Virus record (IMG/VR): IMGVR_UViG_3300035698_022190
Location: 146,209-210,208 of that record
DNA length: 64,000 bases
Strand: one strand, 5' to 3'
Shown: positions 18,178-28,492 of the stretch, in pieces
Layout of the letters: every line of letters begins with the position of its first letter
Position numbering within the stretch: the stretch's first letter is position 1
The notes under the pieces: generated by a model
Databases searched by the model: none
Seen by the model: the letters and a program-made list of their open reading frames with translations, nothing else
Told to the model about the DNA's origin: nothing
Program-made: the position numbers and the translations under genes

Positions 18178-18507
18178 CTACCATTGTTCGTGAGCGTGCT
18201 CTTCTGCGTAACGCATTAGTTCTTCATCAGGCCATTTGTCCATTTGTGAAAAGCGTTGCTCTTTTAATCTTTTAAGCTCTTGCTCCTCTAAAATAACTTC
18301 AAGCGCATCTCGGGTTGACATACTATGGCTAAGTATGTGTAGGTCTTCATAAACTTTGGGATAGCTATAATCAATATTAGCATTCAATATGTGGATAGCA
18401 TGTGTATCGCTAAACAATTGAGGCCCATAATTTATGAGTAGCAAGGTAAGGAAAAGGCTGCCTATAAAAGCAACCCCAAAATGTTTTCCCTTTATCGATT
18501 TGTCCAT
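18178..18507 (-). CDS. Membrane-anchored hypothetical protein
   Basis: N-terminal TM; AGGAGA RBS. Confidence 0.65.
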   Translation of the reverse strand: MDKSIKGKHFGVAFIGSLFLTLLLINYGPQLFSDTHAIHILNANIDYSYPKVYEDLHILSHSMSTRDALEVILEEQELKRLKEQRFSQMDKWPDEELMRYAEEHAHEQW

Positions 18508-18593
18508 AAGTTTTAATCTCCTTTAATTATATTTCTTATACCTTTTTCGGTATTAAAACTTGCTTTTAATACCTTTAAACGCTATATTTAAGT

Positions 18594-19256
18594 ATGATAA
18601 ATAAAAAATTTCGAGAAAATTACTTTCAGAATATAAACACTCAGAACAAGGGCTATCATCTTGGCTGGATGTATGCAGATGGAAATGTAGCAGCAACGAG
18701 TAATCAAATAGGTTTTACTATAAACCCTAAAGATATAGAACAAGTTGAAAAATTTAAGGCTGATATGGCTATTTCAAATAATCCAACTTTTCATCGTAAA
18801 GATGACAAATATGATATGGTAAGTTTTCATTTTAGTAGTAAAATTATGCGTGGAGATTTAATTAAATTGGGGTGTACTCCAAAGAAAAGTCTTACGCTTC
18901 AAGCACCCATAGATATGGATCCCCGACTTAGGCGGCACAATATTAGAGGTTATTTTGACGGAGATGGGTCAATAGGATATATGGGCAAGAATAAACAGCC
19001 CCAGGTAACTTTTGTCGGTACGGAGAAAATGCTAAAATGGATTCAAAATGAATTACCGGTACCCTCACACATTTATGCTTTTACCCATGCTCATGTAAAT
19101 ACACGCAGACTTGTTGTTACTAAACAGAAAGATGTTATAGATTTATATGACTATTTATATAAAGGAGAAACACGTTCTCTATCTCGAAAGAAAAGTAAGT
19201 TCGCAGAAATTAAGACCGACTTACAAGCTCGACACCGTAACAAGAAAAATTCTTAA
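18594..19256 (+). CDS. Free-standing LAGLIDADG homing endonuclease
   Basis: LGWMYADG and IRGYFDGDG motifs. Confidence 0.88.
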   Translation: MINKKFRENYFQNINTQNKGYHLGWMYADGNVAATSNQIGFTINPKDIEQVEKFKADMAISNNPTFHRKDDKYDMVSFHFSSKIMRGDLIKLGCTPKKSLTLQAPIDMDPRLRRHNIRGYFDGDGSIGYMGKNKQPQVTFVGTEKMLKWIQNELPVPSHIYAFTHAHVNTRRLVVTKQKDVIDLYDYLYKGETRSLSRKKSKFAEIKTDLQARHRNKKNS

Positions 19257-19260
19257 TATA

Positions 19261-19290
19261 AAAAGAGGCTTTAATCGGCCTCTTTTTTTT
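19261..19290. terminator. Bidirectional intrinsic terminator
   Basis: AAAAGAGGC-loop-GCCTCTTTTTTTT between convergent genes. Confidence 0.7.
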
Positions 19291-19397
19291 GTCTTTTCAA
19301 TGAAGACATGCATTGTCCACCCAAGTTATAACTGCTGCAAAGATTAAAATTAATACACCAATTATGTAGGGCCTACGTTTTGGAATCGACCAAAGTT

Positions 19398-19901
19398 TCA
19401 ACTATCTACCCAAGTAATCTCAGTAGGATCCGGTTTAACAACAATAATTATAGTGCTTTTCTTTATCAAGTTGCCCCATAAGAAACTTTTTTGTTGTTCC
19501 TGTTTTTTACTCACTTTATAATTGTAACTGTCTACCCTTTCATGTAAGCTGCGAAGGGTAGTGGTCATAAACTGATCAGTCGAATCCACTGCGGGTGTAA
19601 ACAACACCCAATGTGCTGAATCTGGTTCGAATAGCATCGAATCGTCGTAACTGCTTTCTATACTCATGAACTCCATAGCTAGGTTATTATCGCTAACGTT
19701 TGATAGTCCCGAAACACCTAGTACAGTAAAACTACTTACGATTAACGCTATTAGTAACACAAACTCAAAACCAAAGAACCCCTTGCTCCACGATCTAGGT
19801 TTGTCAAACATTGCAGCACCTGCCGAGTTATCGGTTACAAATCTATATATCCACAATAGTGTTGCAAAGCTCATAATGACAAATAGTGTAGTTAATATCA
19901 T
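19398..19901 (-). CDS. Membrane protein (ends at TGA)
   Basis: Two N-terminal TM segments. Confidence 0.65.
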   Translation of the reverse strand: MILTTLFVIMSFATLLWIYRFVTDNSAGAAMFDKPRSWSKGFFGFEFVLLIALIVSSFTVLGVSGLSNVSDNNLAMEFMSIESSYDDSMLFEPDSAHWVLFTPAVDSTDQFMTTTLRSLHERVDSYNYKVSKKQEQQKSFLWGNLIKKSTIIIVVKPDPTEITWVDS

Positions 19902-19924
19902 GTTAATTTCCTTTTTCTAGTTTG

Positions 19925-20323
19925 TTAATATCGATAAAGTCGTATTGACCTTGTGGACCAATTTGCTGAGGATAGGTCTACCGTGTCTCTGTCTATCCTT
20001 CGAACGGCCACTGCTTCCCGCATAGTATTGTCGTTTGTAGTAAGGGTGAATATATAATCACCAGCGCTATGGGACTTCCATGTTCCTTTTTTACATACAG
20101 GTACATCACAATATACGTTTTGCCAGAAACCTCTATCATCTATAATGATTTTGGTTTCCCAACTAATTGGTTCTGACATGGCGTAAAAAGTCATGGTTGG
20201 ATATCCCACACGATCGGGATTAGCATACCATGAACCTATTAAATAGTTCTCTATGTCTTGGCCAAACAGTGGTACTAACATTATTGTCAGTAGTACAGTA
20301 AAAAACATTTTTTTGTTTTTCAT
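19925..20323 (-). CDS. Secreted lipocalin-like protein
   Basis: Signal peptide; LIGSW and KGTW motifs. Confidence 0.55.
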   Translation of the reverse strand: MKNKKMFFTVLLTIMLVPLFGQDIENYLIGSWYANPDRVGYPTMTFYAMSEPISWETKIIIDDRGFWQNVYCDVPVCKKGTWKSHSAGDYIFTLTTNDNTMREAVAVRRIDRDTVDLSSANWSTRSIRLYRY

Positions 20324-20448
20324 GTGTTTCCTTTTTTTTTAATTAGATTATCATACAATTCTTATACCTCAAAAACACCTTCAAAACTTAAGCTAAAAAA
20401 GTGCTTAAGTAAACTTAAGCTAAAAGAAGACCGAAGTCTTCTTTGTGT

Positions 20449-20733
20449 TTACGGAGCTATATTCCTATTTAGCTCAGGCAAATCCCTGATATGAATCTTT
20501 TGATACATTTTTTTAAGCTCTGCGCGCTTAACGGGAGCAGTGCCGACCCAGGGATGACTGGTTAAGTGCCAATGCTGACAATACTTGCACCAGTAGTAAA
20601 ATAAGAAATGTGTATGTAGTTCACCGTTTCTTGTTTGATAAAAAATGGCGTCCTTTGCATCTTTTCTATTTCTATACTTTACTTTTGTGCAAGTGTCAGT
20701 TATTTTTTTAGGAATATAATTTTTTGTAATCAT
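20449..20733 (-). CDS. Phage zinc-ribbon protein (CxxC..WHLTS)
   Basis: YWCKYCQHWHLTS; paralog of 21787-22023. Confidence 0.7.
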   Translation of the reverse strand: MITKNYIPKKITDTCTKVKYRNRKDAKDAIFYQTRNGELHTHFLFYYWCKYCQHWHLTSHPWVGTAPVKRAELKKMYQKIHIRDLPELNRNIAP

Positions 20734-20861
20734 AGTATTCCTCTTTTAGTTAATTAAAAATTACTTACATATTACTTATACCAATTCTTAACCTAAAAGA
20801 GCGCTTAAATAAATTTAAGCTAAAAGAAAGACCAAGGCCTTTCTTTTTTTAGTAAACCTGC

Positions 20862-21305
20862 TTACAGAATGCCAGTATCACTGAAGCTGTAGTAACCATT
20901 CTTACCGGCTATTATGATATGATCATGTAGCATAACATCAATTGCTCTGCAAGTAATTGCAATTCTTGTTGTAGCATTAATATCATCCTGAGAAGGTTCG
21001 GTTGAATTGCTTGGATGGTTGTGTCCAACTATTATAGCGGCTGCATCTAGTTCTAGAGCTCTCTTGGCTATTTCTCTTGATGAAATAACAATAGAGGTTA
21101 AACTTCCTTTGAACATTACTTGACTAGTAATGATACGATTTTTAGCATCAAGAAAGATAACTGCAAATTGTTCTATATTTGTATCGCCGGATAGCACAAC
21201 TCTTAAGTGCTTAGATGTATCTCGAGATCCTACCAACTTATCGCCATGTAGCTTAAAAACTCTTTCTGGATTATCTTGAGGTAACGATTGAATATGTTGT
21301 TGCAT
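20862..21305 (-). CDS. radC: RadC-like JAB/MPN domain protein
   Basis: EQFAVIFLD, HNHPSNSTEPSQDD, LHDHIII. Confidence 0.9.
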   Translation of the reverse strand: MQQHIQSLPQDNPERVFKLHGDKLVGSRDTSKHLRVVLSGDTNIEQFAVIFLDAKNRIITSQVMFKGSLTSIVISSREIAKRALELDAAAIIVGHNHPSNSTEPSQDDINATTRIAITCRAIDVMLHDHIIIAGKNGYYSFSDTGIL

Positions 21306-21628
21306 GTTAACTCCTTATTTAGTTATTCTTCTTATACCTAAAAACCTCCCCAAAAGCTTCTCAAAACCTATTAATTTTTAAGCTAAAAAGCTCTTATTAA
21401 AAAACTAGCAGGGTAGCTTATACTTCCTACCCTGCTCTCGGTTTGAATAAACATGAAAATTTTATTTTTAAAATGAGCAGGGCGGATATTGTGGTCTACC
21501 CTGCTCGGTAACTAGTAAAAAACATTTTTGTTTTTCTTAGCTTCGTTAGTTGTCCTAGTAGTGAATTAACTGTATGACAGTTCTAGCTAGCCCCCGTGTA
21601 AACAAAACTGTTTTTTCGTCGTTAAATT

Positions 21629-21757
21629 TTATCTGCGTCTTCCGCCACGTCCGTTGCCATGCCCGTCTTTACGATTTGGCTTGTCGTCGCCTTTTTTACC
21701 AGTGCGTGGATTATCTCCACAGTCGCCTTTTTTAGGCGTTTCTTTTTTGTCTGCCAT
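21629..21757 (-). CDS. 42-aa basic Gly/Lys/Arg-rich peptide
   Basis: AAGGA RBS; MADKKETPKKGDCG...GRGGRRR; below ORF-track cutoff. Confidence 0.5.
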   Translation of the reverse strand: MADKKETPKKGDCGDNPRTGKKGDDKPNRKDGHGNGRGGRRR

Positions 21758-21786
21758 GTTTATAGCGTCCTTTTTTTATTGATTGA

Positions 21787-22023
21787 TTACAGTCCTCTTT
21801 TTCTTTTTCTTTTCATTGTAGGCTGCTTGGTATGGTGATAGTTATTTTTTTCCCTTTCTGGGCTTCCCCATGGGACTGATGTTAAATGCCACAATCCGCA
21901 GTGTTTGCAATGATAAAAAAACATTTTTATTCGTCTTTCACTCCTATGAGCGTTGTTGTGTTGAAAAAGAATGGTAGCCTGCTTAGCCTTTCCAGCTGAG
22001 TTGTATGGTATCTTATAGCACAT
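21787..22023 (-). CDS. Phage zinc-ribbon protein (CxxC..WHLTS)
   Basis: YHCKHCGLWHLTS. Confidence 0.7.
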   Translation of the reverse strand: MCYKIPYNSAGKAKQATILFQHNNAHRSERRIKMFFYHCKHCGLWHLTSVPWGSPEREKNNYHHTKQPTMKRKRKRGL

Positions 22024-22058
22024 TTTACTTCCTTTCTTTTAAAAAACGTTTTTGTTGT

Positions 22059-22250
22059 TTACATTAAACTAATACCTTCTGACATCTTTAATTCAACAAT
22101 GAGTGCAATGGCTACAGCCATTTGACAAATTAAAGCTATTGCCAAAAGCATCATAACTACCTTCCAATATTCACCGTCCCATTGATCCCACATTACAAAC
22201 CCCAGCGCAAGCAAAACAGCAACTAGGGCAATTACTGATATTATTGCCAT
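22059..22250 (-). CDS. Small two-TM membrane protein
   Basis: Hydrophobic throughout. Confidence 0.6.
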   Translation of the reverse strand: MAIISVIALVAVLLALGFVMWDQWDGEYWKVVMMLLAIALICQMAVAIALIVELKMSEGISLM

Positions 22251-22649
22251 TTAAAATTCCTTCCCGTCGCTTTCGATCCAGCGTTGATTGCTCACAGCAG
22301 CATGCCGAACTATAGCTTCCTGAGCTTCTTCACGGGTATTATAACGCACTTCATCAACAGCGTTATTAGTATATTTAACTAATACCTTAAAAGTACCGTT
22401 GCCGAATTCATGTATGCTATACCCGTTGACGCTACAGTATGATGGTCGCTTTTTACTACCTTCGTTAACCGGGCCTTTTAAAATCCTGTGTACAGGATCA
22501 TTTACAGGATCATTTACAGTATCCTTTACAATATTATTGGGTTTATTAAATCGTCCGCTGTTGCCCTCGAAACCAGTAGGTGGTCCATAAAACAACATTG
22601 TTAGTCCCATTATTGCAAGCATTACAATAATCACTGTGCTTGTTTTCAT
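22251..22649 (-). CDS. Membrane-anchored hypothetical protein
   Basis: N-terminal TM; ATGA overlap with upstream gene. Confidence 0.65.
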   Translation of the reverse strand: MKTSTVIIVMLAIMGLTMLFYGPPTGFEGNSGRFNKPNNIVKDTVNDPVNDPVHRILKGPVNEGSKKRPSYCSVNGYSIHEFGNGTFKVLVKYTNNAVDEVRYNTREEAQEAIVRHAAVSNQRWIESDGKEF

Positions 22650-22849
22650 ATAGTTTTTCCTTTCTGTAGTATGCCATGTTTTTTAGCTAGGTTTAAAGCT
22701 TCGCCTGGACGAAACCGGGCCAACCGACTAACTCTGCCTAACAAATTTCGATTCAAATCATATTCATAGACCCTTCCATCGATTGAAAACTTAACGGCAT
22801 CTAGACCTAAATTGTGTTTTGCGGTGCCTATTAATACTATCTTAGTCAT
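22646..22849 (-). CDS. Hypothetical protein (TGA stop in ATGA overlap)
   Basis: AGGAGG RBS. Confidence 0.65.
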   Translation of the reverse strand: MTKIVLIGTAKHNLGLDAVKFSIDGRVYEYDLNRNLLGRVSRLARFRPGEALNLAKKHGILQKGKTI

Positions 22850-22994
22850 AAGGCCTCCTTGTTATTTTGTCAGTTCTGAAATAGCGCGTTCATGACGTAA
22901 ACGTGCGATCCCCCGCTCTTTTGGTGTAAGCTTCCAATTAGTCATGCGTTTTTTATTGTCACGCATTTGCTTCATTAACCGTGCAATTTTTTCC

Positions 22995-23249
22995 CTAGTC
23001 ATGTCTGTCCACCATTTCCAACTTTACATTACTTAAAACTCTGTTTGTATCTTCCCCATCAACTAACACACAAACGCTAAAGTATCCATCGCCTTTGTCC
23101 CGATAAACATTTCGGACCAAAGCTTCTTTCCCAATTAATCCGGTGCGTTCTGTATTGTTGGAAACATCTTTTTCTTCCAGTACTAAGAGAATAGCCTTAT
23201 CATTTCTTTTCATGACTAGTCTGTTAAAACTGCAACGAGTATTATACAA
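22995..23249 (-). CDS. Hypothetical protein
   Basis: ORF in operon; true start probably slightly upstream after AGGAG. Confidence 0.55.
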   Translation of the reverse strand: MYNTRCSFNRLVMKRNDKAILLVLEEKDVSNNTERTGLIGKEALVRNVYRDKGDGYFSVCVLVDGEDTNRVLSNVKLEMVDRHD

Positions 23250-23400
23250 AGTATAATTAGCATTATCAATTGCATATTTGCTCCTTTTGCTTTTAATTAA
23301 AGTTTCACATGTTTCTTATACCTAAAAACTCTTTAAATCAACACAATTTTTAAGCTAAAAAAAAGGACCGACTAGCGATCCTTTTTTAAACTAAAATTAA

Positions 23401-23742
23401 TTAGTAGCGGCTATCTACACCACAAAGCCTGTTGAACTCGGCAATAACAATTTTCTTGCCGGCGAATTCGCGTGCTTCTTCTAGGTAACCTTCAACGATT
23501 GGAATATGGGAAAGCATATCTCTTGAAAGAGGTATCGTTGTATAATTCAATGCACCCTTAATATTGAGGGTAGGTAGCTCTTCAATTTCTTTTGCAGCAT
23601 ACCAGCTTTCGATATCACGGGTTGACAGCTCACCACTGGAAATTCTCAGTGCGTCTGATAATACGGTGTTTTCACCTTCGTCTAGGTGTCCGAGGTAAGT
23701 CTTACCACTTACTTCGACTATAATAAGATTTTTTTTGGCCAT
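23401..23742 (-). CDS. Hypothetical protein
   Basis: AAGGA RBS; terminator downstream. Confidence 0.65.
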   Translation of the reverse strand: MAKKNLIIVEVSGKTYLGHLDEGENTVLSDALRISSGELSTRDIESWYAAKEIEELPTLNIKGALNYTTIPLSRDMLSHIPIVEGYLEEAREFAGKKIVIAEFNRLCGVDSRY

Positions 23743-23768
23743 CTTATATATCCTTTTATTTTATTGTT

Positions 23769-24443
23769 TTAGAATGTTTGTTTTCTAGGCGGTCTTTTGC
23801 TACCGGGCCTAGTTGGTCTTTGTTTGATGTCTCCTGCGAAGCGTATAGTATCGCGTGGCGCAATTTTCATGTCAAGTAGATGATCAATGTCTTTTTTGCA
23901 ATAAGCTTCCATAGATTCCATGGCAGCTCTACTTGGGCTTGGTGGATAGGGCATTCCGTCCGGATCCATTTCAAATCCACCAGCATGCTTTTGTAAAAGT
24001 TCGAAAGAATTTTCGCCAATAAAGCCGCCGTATTCGCCTGATTTAGAGTTTCCTATTTTAGGGGTTACTTTGTATCCGGGCTGTGAATGTCCCCCGAATC
24101 CTCCATTGTACTCACCGCGACATACAATCCTAACTTGAACATTAAAGTCCCTGCTAGCAATGCCTGAGCCACCATGCATACCCCTTACAATATCTCCTAC
24201 TTCAAACTCATAATCCAAATCGGGCTCATTGTTACGGCCTATAGAACGTATGTGCTCTTCGGATACGTAGAAACTATCATCATCATCATCTTCCCGTACT
24301 CCGTTTGAATCGCATGCATAACAAAGGTATTCGTCGTCTCCGTCTTTTTCTTCATTAATAATAACGAAATCGCCCTCATAATATATCTGATCATCATGTT
24401 CCTCAATGACCTCACAAACATCTCCAATATCAAATTTATCCAT
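23769..24443 (-). CDS. Acidic protein with two SH3/KOW-like modules
   Basis: FDIGDVCEV and FEVGDIVRG repeats. Confidence 0.6.
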   Translation of the reverse strand: MDKFDIGDVCEVIEEHDDQIYYEGDFVIINEEKDGDDEYLCYACDSNGVREDDDDDSFYVSEEHIRSIGRNNEPDLDYEFEVGDIVRGMHGGSGIASRDFNVQVRIVCRGEYNGGFGGHSQPGYKVTPKIGNSKSGEYGGFIGENSFELLQKHAGGFEMDPDGMPYPPSPSRAAMESMEAYCKKDIDHLLDMKIAPRDTIRFAGDIKQRPTRPGSKRPPRKQTF

Positions 24444-24588
24444 ATGGTTTTATCCTTAATTTAGATATTAAATAGATACTTTCCTTATACCCTAAAATTT
24501 AAAATTTAGTATAGGATACCTTAGACATTTTAAGATCCCGTCTAAGCTAAAAAACGGGCCAACTTCGACCCGTTTAATAATGATATCC

Positions 24589-25095
24589 CTAATGTAAGGG
24601 GAATGGCGATACAACAATTTCTGGTTCTAAATAAACTAACCGTGGGTTACTCTCGGCATCAAGCATCATCAACCAAGTTGCACTAGAGCTCGTTGGCATG
24701 AAGAGCCCATTAGGATCGGCCTGTGGTAGTATTTCAAAACCACCCTGGTAAGATCTTTTGGTTCTCATAGGGTTTGTGAACTGCGCGGAGAAAGGAACGC
24801 CATATCCTAGGCATTTACCAATATACATAAGTTTTCCCTGGTAATCGCTTTTGATATAAGCATAGCAAACTATATCTTCTTGATCTTGTAATTCATAGAT
24901 CATTTTCATTAGTTTACGTTGCTGGAAATTTACAATATTTGGCATCCCAATCTGACGTTGAGATTCGGCAAGTAATAATTCTGTTGCCTCTTCTTGGATT
25001 GAATCTGTATCTGAACTCATTTCGCATGTTTCTGCAGTGAATACAAAGTAACACAGTGTTACAAGCAGTACTGCATATAATGGACGTACCCTCAT
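24589..25095 (-). CDS. Conserved phage exported/lipoprotein-like protein
   Basis: Signal peptide; QADPNGLF..SSSATW..YLEP.I.VSPFPL. Confidence 0.7.
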   Translation of the reverse strand: MRVRPLYAVLLVTLCYFVFTAETCEMSSDTDSIQEEATELLLAESQRQIGMPNIVNFQQRKLMKMIYELQDQEDIVCYAYIKSDYQGKLMYIGKCLGYGVPFSAQFTNPMRTKRSYQGGFEILPQADPNGLFMPTSSSATWLMMLDAESNPRLVYLEPEIVVSPFPLH

Positions 25096-25427
25096 TAATA
25101 GCCTCTTGTTTTTACTAAGAAATCTCTTAGTGTTTCATTGGAAATGTCTTCAGCGTTTACATCTGCAATTTGCATTTTGATTGTCGCTTCAATGGCTTTC
25201 TTGCCATCATAATCAGTATCTTGCCATTCGCCATATAGCTTTCCTAGCAATTGTTGCTGACCATGAACATATGATTTTGTATTTTCGAAAACTTCTCTAC
25301 GGATGTTTTCTTTCTTTGGAGCATACCATTTAGTAAAACTTAGGTCCATGGCTCCTGAAATGAATAGTATAAGAAATAGGCCTACAATACAAAGTAGGAC
25401 AATTACCGTGATTTTAAACGGGCTCAT
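25095..25427 (-). CDS. Membrane-anchored phage protein coupled to the next gene
   Basis: N-terminal TM; RREVFENTKSYV; TAATG coupling. Confidence 0.7.
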   Translation of the reverse strand: MSPFKITVIVLLCIVGLFLILFISGAMDLSFTKWYAPKKENIRREVFENTKSYVHGQQQLLGKLYGEWQDTDYDGKKAIEATIKMQIADVNAEDISNETLRDFLVKTRGY

Positions 25428-25660
25428 CTATTTTCCTTTTTAATTAAGTTTCTTTTTGCACCTTCACAGAAAGGATGGTCTTGATTGCCGTGACACATTA
25501 CCCGCCAGAAACTGTGCGGATAGTCTTCATCATCCTTCATGTCTATTAATTTACAATAACTTCCTGCACCATCTCGTAGATAGTGTGGACAGCTCTCTAA
25601 ATTTAAAACTTTAGGCCGACGACCACCGGCCCTACTGTTTAAATTCCTGTGGTTTCCCAT
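25424..25660 (-). CDS. Small Cys-containing hypothetical protein
   Basis: GGAG RBS; four Cys. Confidence 0.55.
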   Translation of the reverse strand: MGNHRNLNSRAGGRRPKVLNLESCPHYLRDGAGSYCKLIDMKDDEDYPHSFWRVMCHGNQDHPFCEGAKRNLIKKENR

Positions 25661-25667
25661 AGTTCTC

Positions 25668-26204
25668 CTACTTTATAGTTATTATATCTTTTTCTAATAA
25701 TTCTTTCTGATACATCTTTACTCGATCATCCATCTTCCATTTGTCATATCTTCTGAGATAACTACTATTAAGCTGATTAGGCCCTATCTTTATCTCGGAA
25801 GCCACTACCACCTCTATATAATTACCAGGAATCATATATCCTTTTGTATGGCCCCCACGATAGTCGACGGCCAGGATATAATATTCTAGATCTATGCGTC
25901 TTAAATTTATCCAATCCTCGGCATCCTGTACATTAGTAAATATATGCCAACCCATCGGGTATTCAAGTTTTGACAGAAGGACGTCTATAGTGCTTTTTTT
26001 GGAATTAGCATTGGTTCTAAAATCTTTTTCATGTAGCCACCGTTGTATAAAAAGGGGCTTATTTATATCATAGTAAATTTCTGGAAAAGGTCGACCATGA
26101 CATGACCAAAAGACTTTAACACCAAAACCACTTATATTCATTCTGGTTTCAGTAATACTTTTTAAACTCATTTTATTTCCTATGAAATGCGGCGCCCACA
26201 TCAT
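25668..26204 (-). CDS. Hypothetical protein
   Basis: ORF in operon. Confidence 0.55.
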   Translation of the reverse strand: MMWAPHFIGNKMSLKSITETRMNISGFGVKVFWSCHGRPFPEIYYDINKPLFIQRWLHEKDFRTNANSKKSTIDVLLSKLEYPMGWHIFTNVQDAEDWINLRRIDLEYYILAVDYRGGHTKGYMIPGNYIEVVVASEIKIGPNQLNSSYLRRYDKWKMDDRVKMYQKELLEKDIITIK

Positions 26205-26223
26205 TGACGTAAGCGCCTGTTAA

Positions 26224-26658
26224 TTAATTAGTTATGATTTTACCGCCACGTACTAGATCAAGAAAATCTACGCTCAAGGGCACTTCCCCGGGATAGTCTT
26301 CCCAACGATCGGCCATTAAGGTAAGATGCTCTTCAGGAATATCGTGAACTCCTTGAAATTGTCCGGTACATTTCAAAACTTTAAGATTTGCATCATACTT
26401 TTTAGCGAGATCAATATATGTCTGCATTTCCCAAATTCTTGTAAAGGTGTTTGACACTACTACGTCCATATTAAATCTCAGGGCGGTTTCACAGGCCACG
26501 ATGCAAGCTTCTGCAACGTCTTTAATCTGTGAAGGGTCGAATTCATAAACACCGTCTCTGATAAAAAACATGTCCATCTCTAAGTGTAAACATTCAAAAG
26601 ATTTAGCCATTGTAGTTTTTCCACTACCAGATAATCCCCTGATGAGTGATAACTTCAT
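26224..26658 (-). CDS. P-loop kinase (AAA_33-like)
   Basis: IRGLSGSGKTT, VVVSNTF, HDIP..M..RWE. Confidence 0.85.
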   Translation of the reverse strand: MKLSLIRGLSGSGKTTMAKSFECLHLEMDMFFIRDGVYEFDPSQIKDVAEACIVACETALRFNMDVVVSNTFTRIWEMQTYIDLAKKYDANLKVLKCTGQFQGVHDIPEEHLTLMADRWEDYPGEVPLSVDFLDLVRGGKIITN

Positions 26659-26791
26659 GCAACCTCCTATGCTACAAAAGGTCCAAGAAAAAGCTTAGCG
26701 GCTAATATTATCAATCCCACAATTGTTACTAGAATCATAATATCTATAAAACCACGCCACTTTGTTGATTTTGGTTGTCCCACATATCCTC

Positions 26792-27199
26792 CTATTTTCT
26801 AATCATTGCAAAATATACTTTTATTTCATGTTGAAATATTTCAATTTTTGTAACAACATGGCCTTTATTTTTTATGTTAGCTAAAGCTCCAACATCTTCC
26901 CAGCTCAGTGCTTTGGAATAATCTCCATTAGTATTAAAGAGATTTGTCTTACAAATTACTTCACCAAGTTTGGCAGTTTTAGCAATTTCAATTTCGTCCA
27001 GGCTCGTCCATTTTCCTTGAAAATATAGCCCAAATAGGCCACATAGAATGGCAACACCCATGCCCCACCAAAGTACTGCAGGAAGCGGAGTAAAAGAATT
27101 TTCTACATGTGTCCAAACATATAAGATTATTCCAGTTGCTATGGCCACCATCGTTCCAATAAAGATATATTCATATTTTTTATATTGCTTTATAGTCAT
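26792..27199 (-). CDS. Two-TM membrane protein
   Basis: Hydrophobic segments. Confidence 0.65.
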   Translation of the reverse strand: MTIKQYKKYEYIFIGTMVAIATGIILYVWTHVENSFTPLPAVLWWGMGVAILCGLFGLYFQGKWTSLDEIEIAKTAKLGEVICKTNLFNTNGDYSKALSWEDVGALANIKNKGHVVTKIEIFQHEIKVYFAMIRK

Positions 27200-27274
27200 T
27201 TTTATTCCTTTTTTGTTATACCATTCTTATCCCAATTTTTAAGTTAAAAAAAAGGGAGCGAGGCCCCCTTTAAT

Positions 27275-27523
27275 TTATTGTTCTTCTTTGGCTGCAGCTA
27301 TTATTTCTTCCCTGTTTTCCCACATGATTGGTGCCCAGGTTAAAGTATATCTACAAAAAGTTCTTACAAATTTGTCGATACAGTTCCATCTTGTTTGTTC
27401 AATTCCACATTTTACCATTTCTCTGCGCACTATGGATCTCATGGATTTTTCGGATTGAAGCAACAATATCCAACCTAAGAGGACGTAAAGTATTACTATT
27501 GATAACAATATGTGTATTATCAT
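27275..27523 (-). CDS. Membrane protein; start reassigned to MIIHILL
   Basis: AAGGA RBS; the longer ORF overlaps the GGTATAAG motif. Confidence 0.55.
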   Translation of the reverse strand: MIIHILLSIVILYVLLGWILLLQSEKSMRSIVRREMVKCGIEQTRWNCIDKFVRTFCRYTLTWAPIMWENREEIIAAAKEEQ

Positions 27524-27708
27524 TTTAATTTCCTTTCTATTAAGTATTCTTCTTATACCCAATCTTAACGTAAAAGAGAGCATCACTGCTCTCTTTAATT
27601 TGTAAATATCTCACCAATATTTACAGAGTTCCCCATAATAACAAACAAAGACTATATATAACTATATAGCTTTACATAATTCTTATACCTAATTGCGGTT
27701 AAAAGTGT

Positions 27709-27855
27709 CTAATGAAAATAAAAGAAATATACAATAATAAAACTCAGGAGGGCGCATACCAAACATGGTAGAAGATGGGTGTATATAAATTTACGTCGGT
27801 CCCCAGTTCGGCGGCCGAAGTGTAAGTCAATGAACTTACATAAATAGTTCTTCAT
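27709..27855 (-). CDS. 48-aa membrane peptide, apparently leaderless
   Basis: TTGCTT-N17-TATATT-N5-ATG on the minus strand. Confidence 0.45.
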   Translation of the reverse strand: MKNYLCKFIDLHFGRRTGDRRKFIYTHLLPCLVCALLSFIIVYFFYFH

Positions 27856-27946
27856 AATTTAATATACACTTTAAATAAAATAAAAGCAAGTTTAAACGTT
27901 CTTAAACTAAAAGAAGAGTTTAACCTCTTCCTTTAAGATACATCTT

Positions 27947-28228
27947 CTAAAGTACTGGTGCATTACAATCTGGGCAGTGTTTCTTTGTCAAGCCCAGTCC
28001 AGATAGCCCATTCAAAAACTTATGTGTTTTTTCATGTTTTACCGTAATGGGCTGCCATGCGGTCGTACATAGCGTGCAAAAGAAAGCGTTTGCTCCCCTG
28101 TTAGTTTTTCTTGTACTCGATTTATTTTGTAAAATAGCCTTTGATGTGTTTTTCATACTTATAAGAAATTGACAAATTGTATTATTTGTGTCTACATTTT
28201 GTGGAAAGTGTTTTGCTTGTAAAGCCAT
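27947..28228 (-). CDS. Zinc-ribbon hypothetical protein
   Basis: CTLC..CPDC; GGAG RBS. Confidence 0.6.
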   Translation of the reverse strand: MALQAKHFPQNVDTNNTICQFLISMKNTSKAILQNKSSTRKTNRGANAFFCTLCTTAWQPITVKHEKTHKFLNGLSGLGLTKKHCPDCNAPVL

Positions 28229-28243
28229 GTTATCTCCTGTTTG

Positions 28244-28492
28244 TTATTTATGGGCAATTTGCTGTCCCGGACTTAGTTTTAATTGGGAAAGCTTTTCTTG
28301 TAACTTAATAAATTCTACATCTGTGAGATGGATATCTATCTCTCGATCAGCGGTAAGAACTGATAAAACAATGGCCGATCCTGTTACTTTGCAAACTTCT
28401 CGGCTGGTATTAATCTTTATTTTGTCAGCACAAATCAGTTCTTCTTTTCTTGTAATGACAGCACTTGGGGATTTTTTCTTGGACATAGGCAT
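28244..28492 (-). CDS. Hypothetical protein
   Basis: AGGAG RBS. Confidence 0.6.
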   Translation of the reverse strand: MPMSKKKSPSAVITRKEELICADKIKINTSREVCKVTGSAIVLSVLTADREIDIHLTDVEFIKLQEKLSQLKLSPGQQIAHK

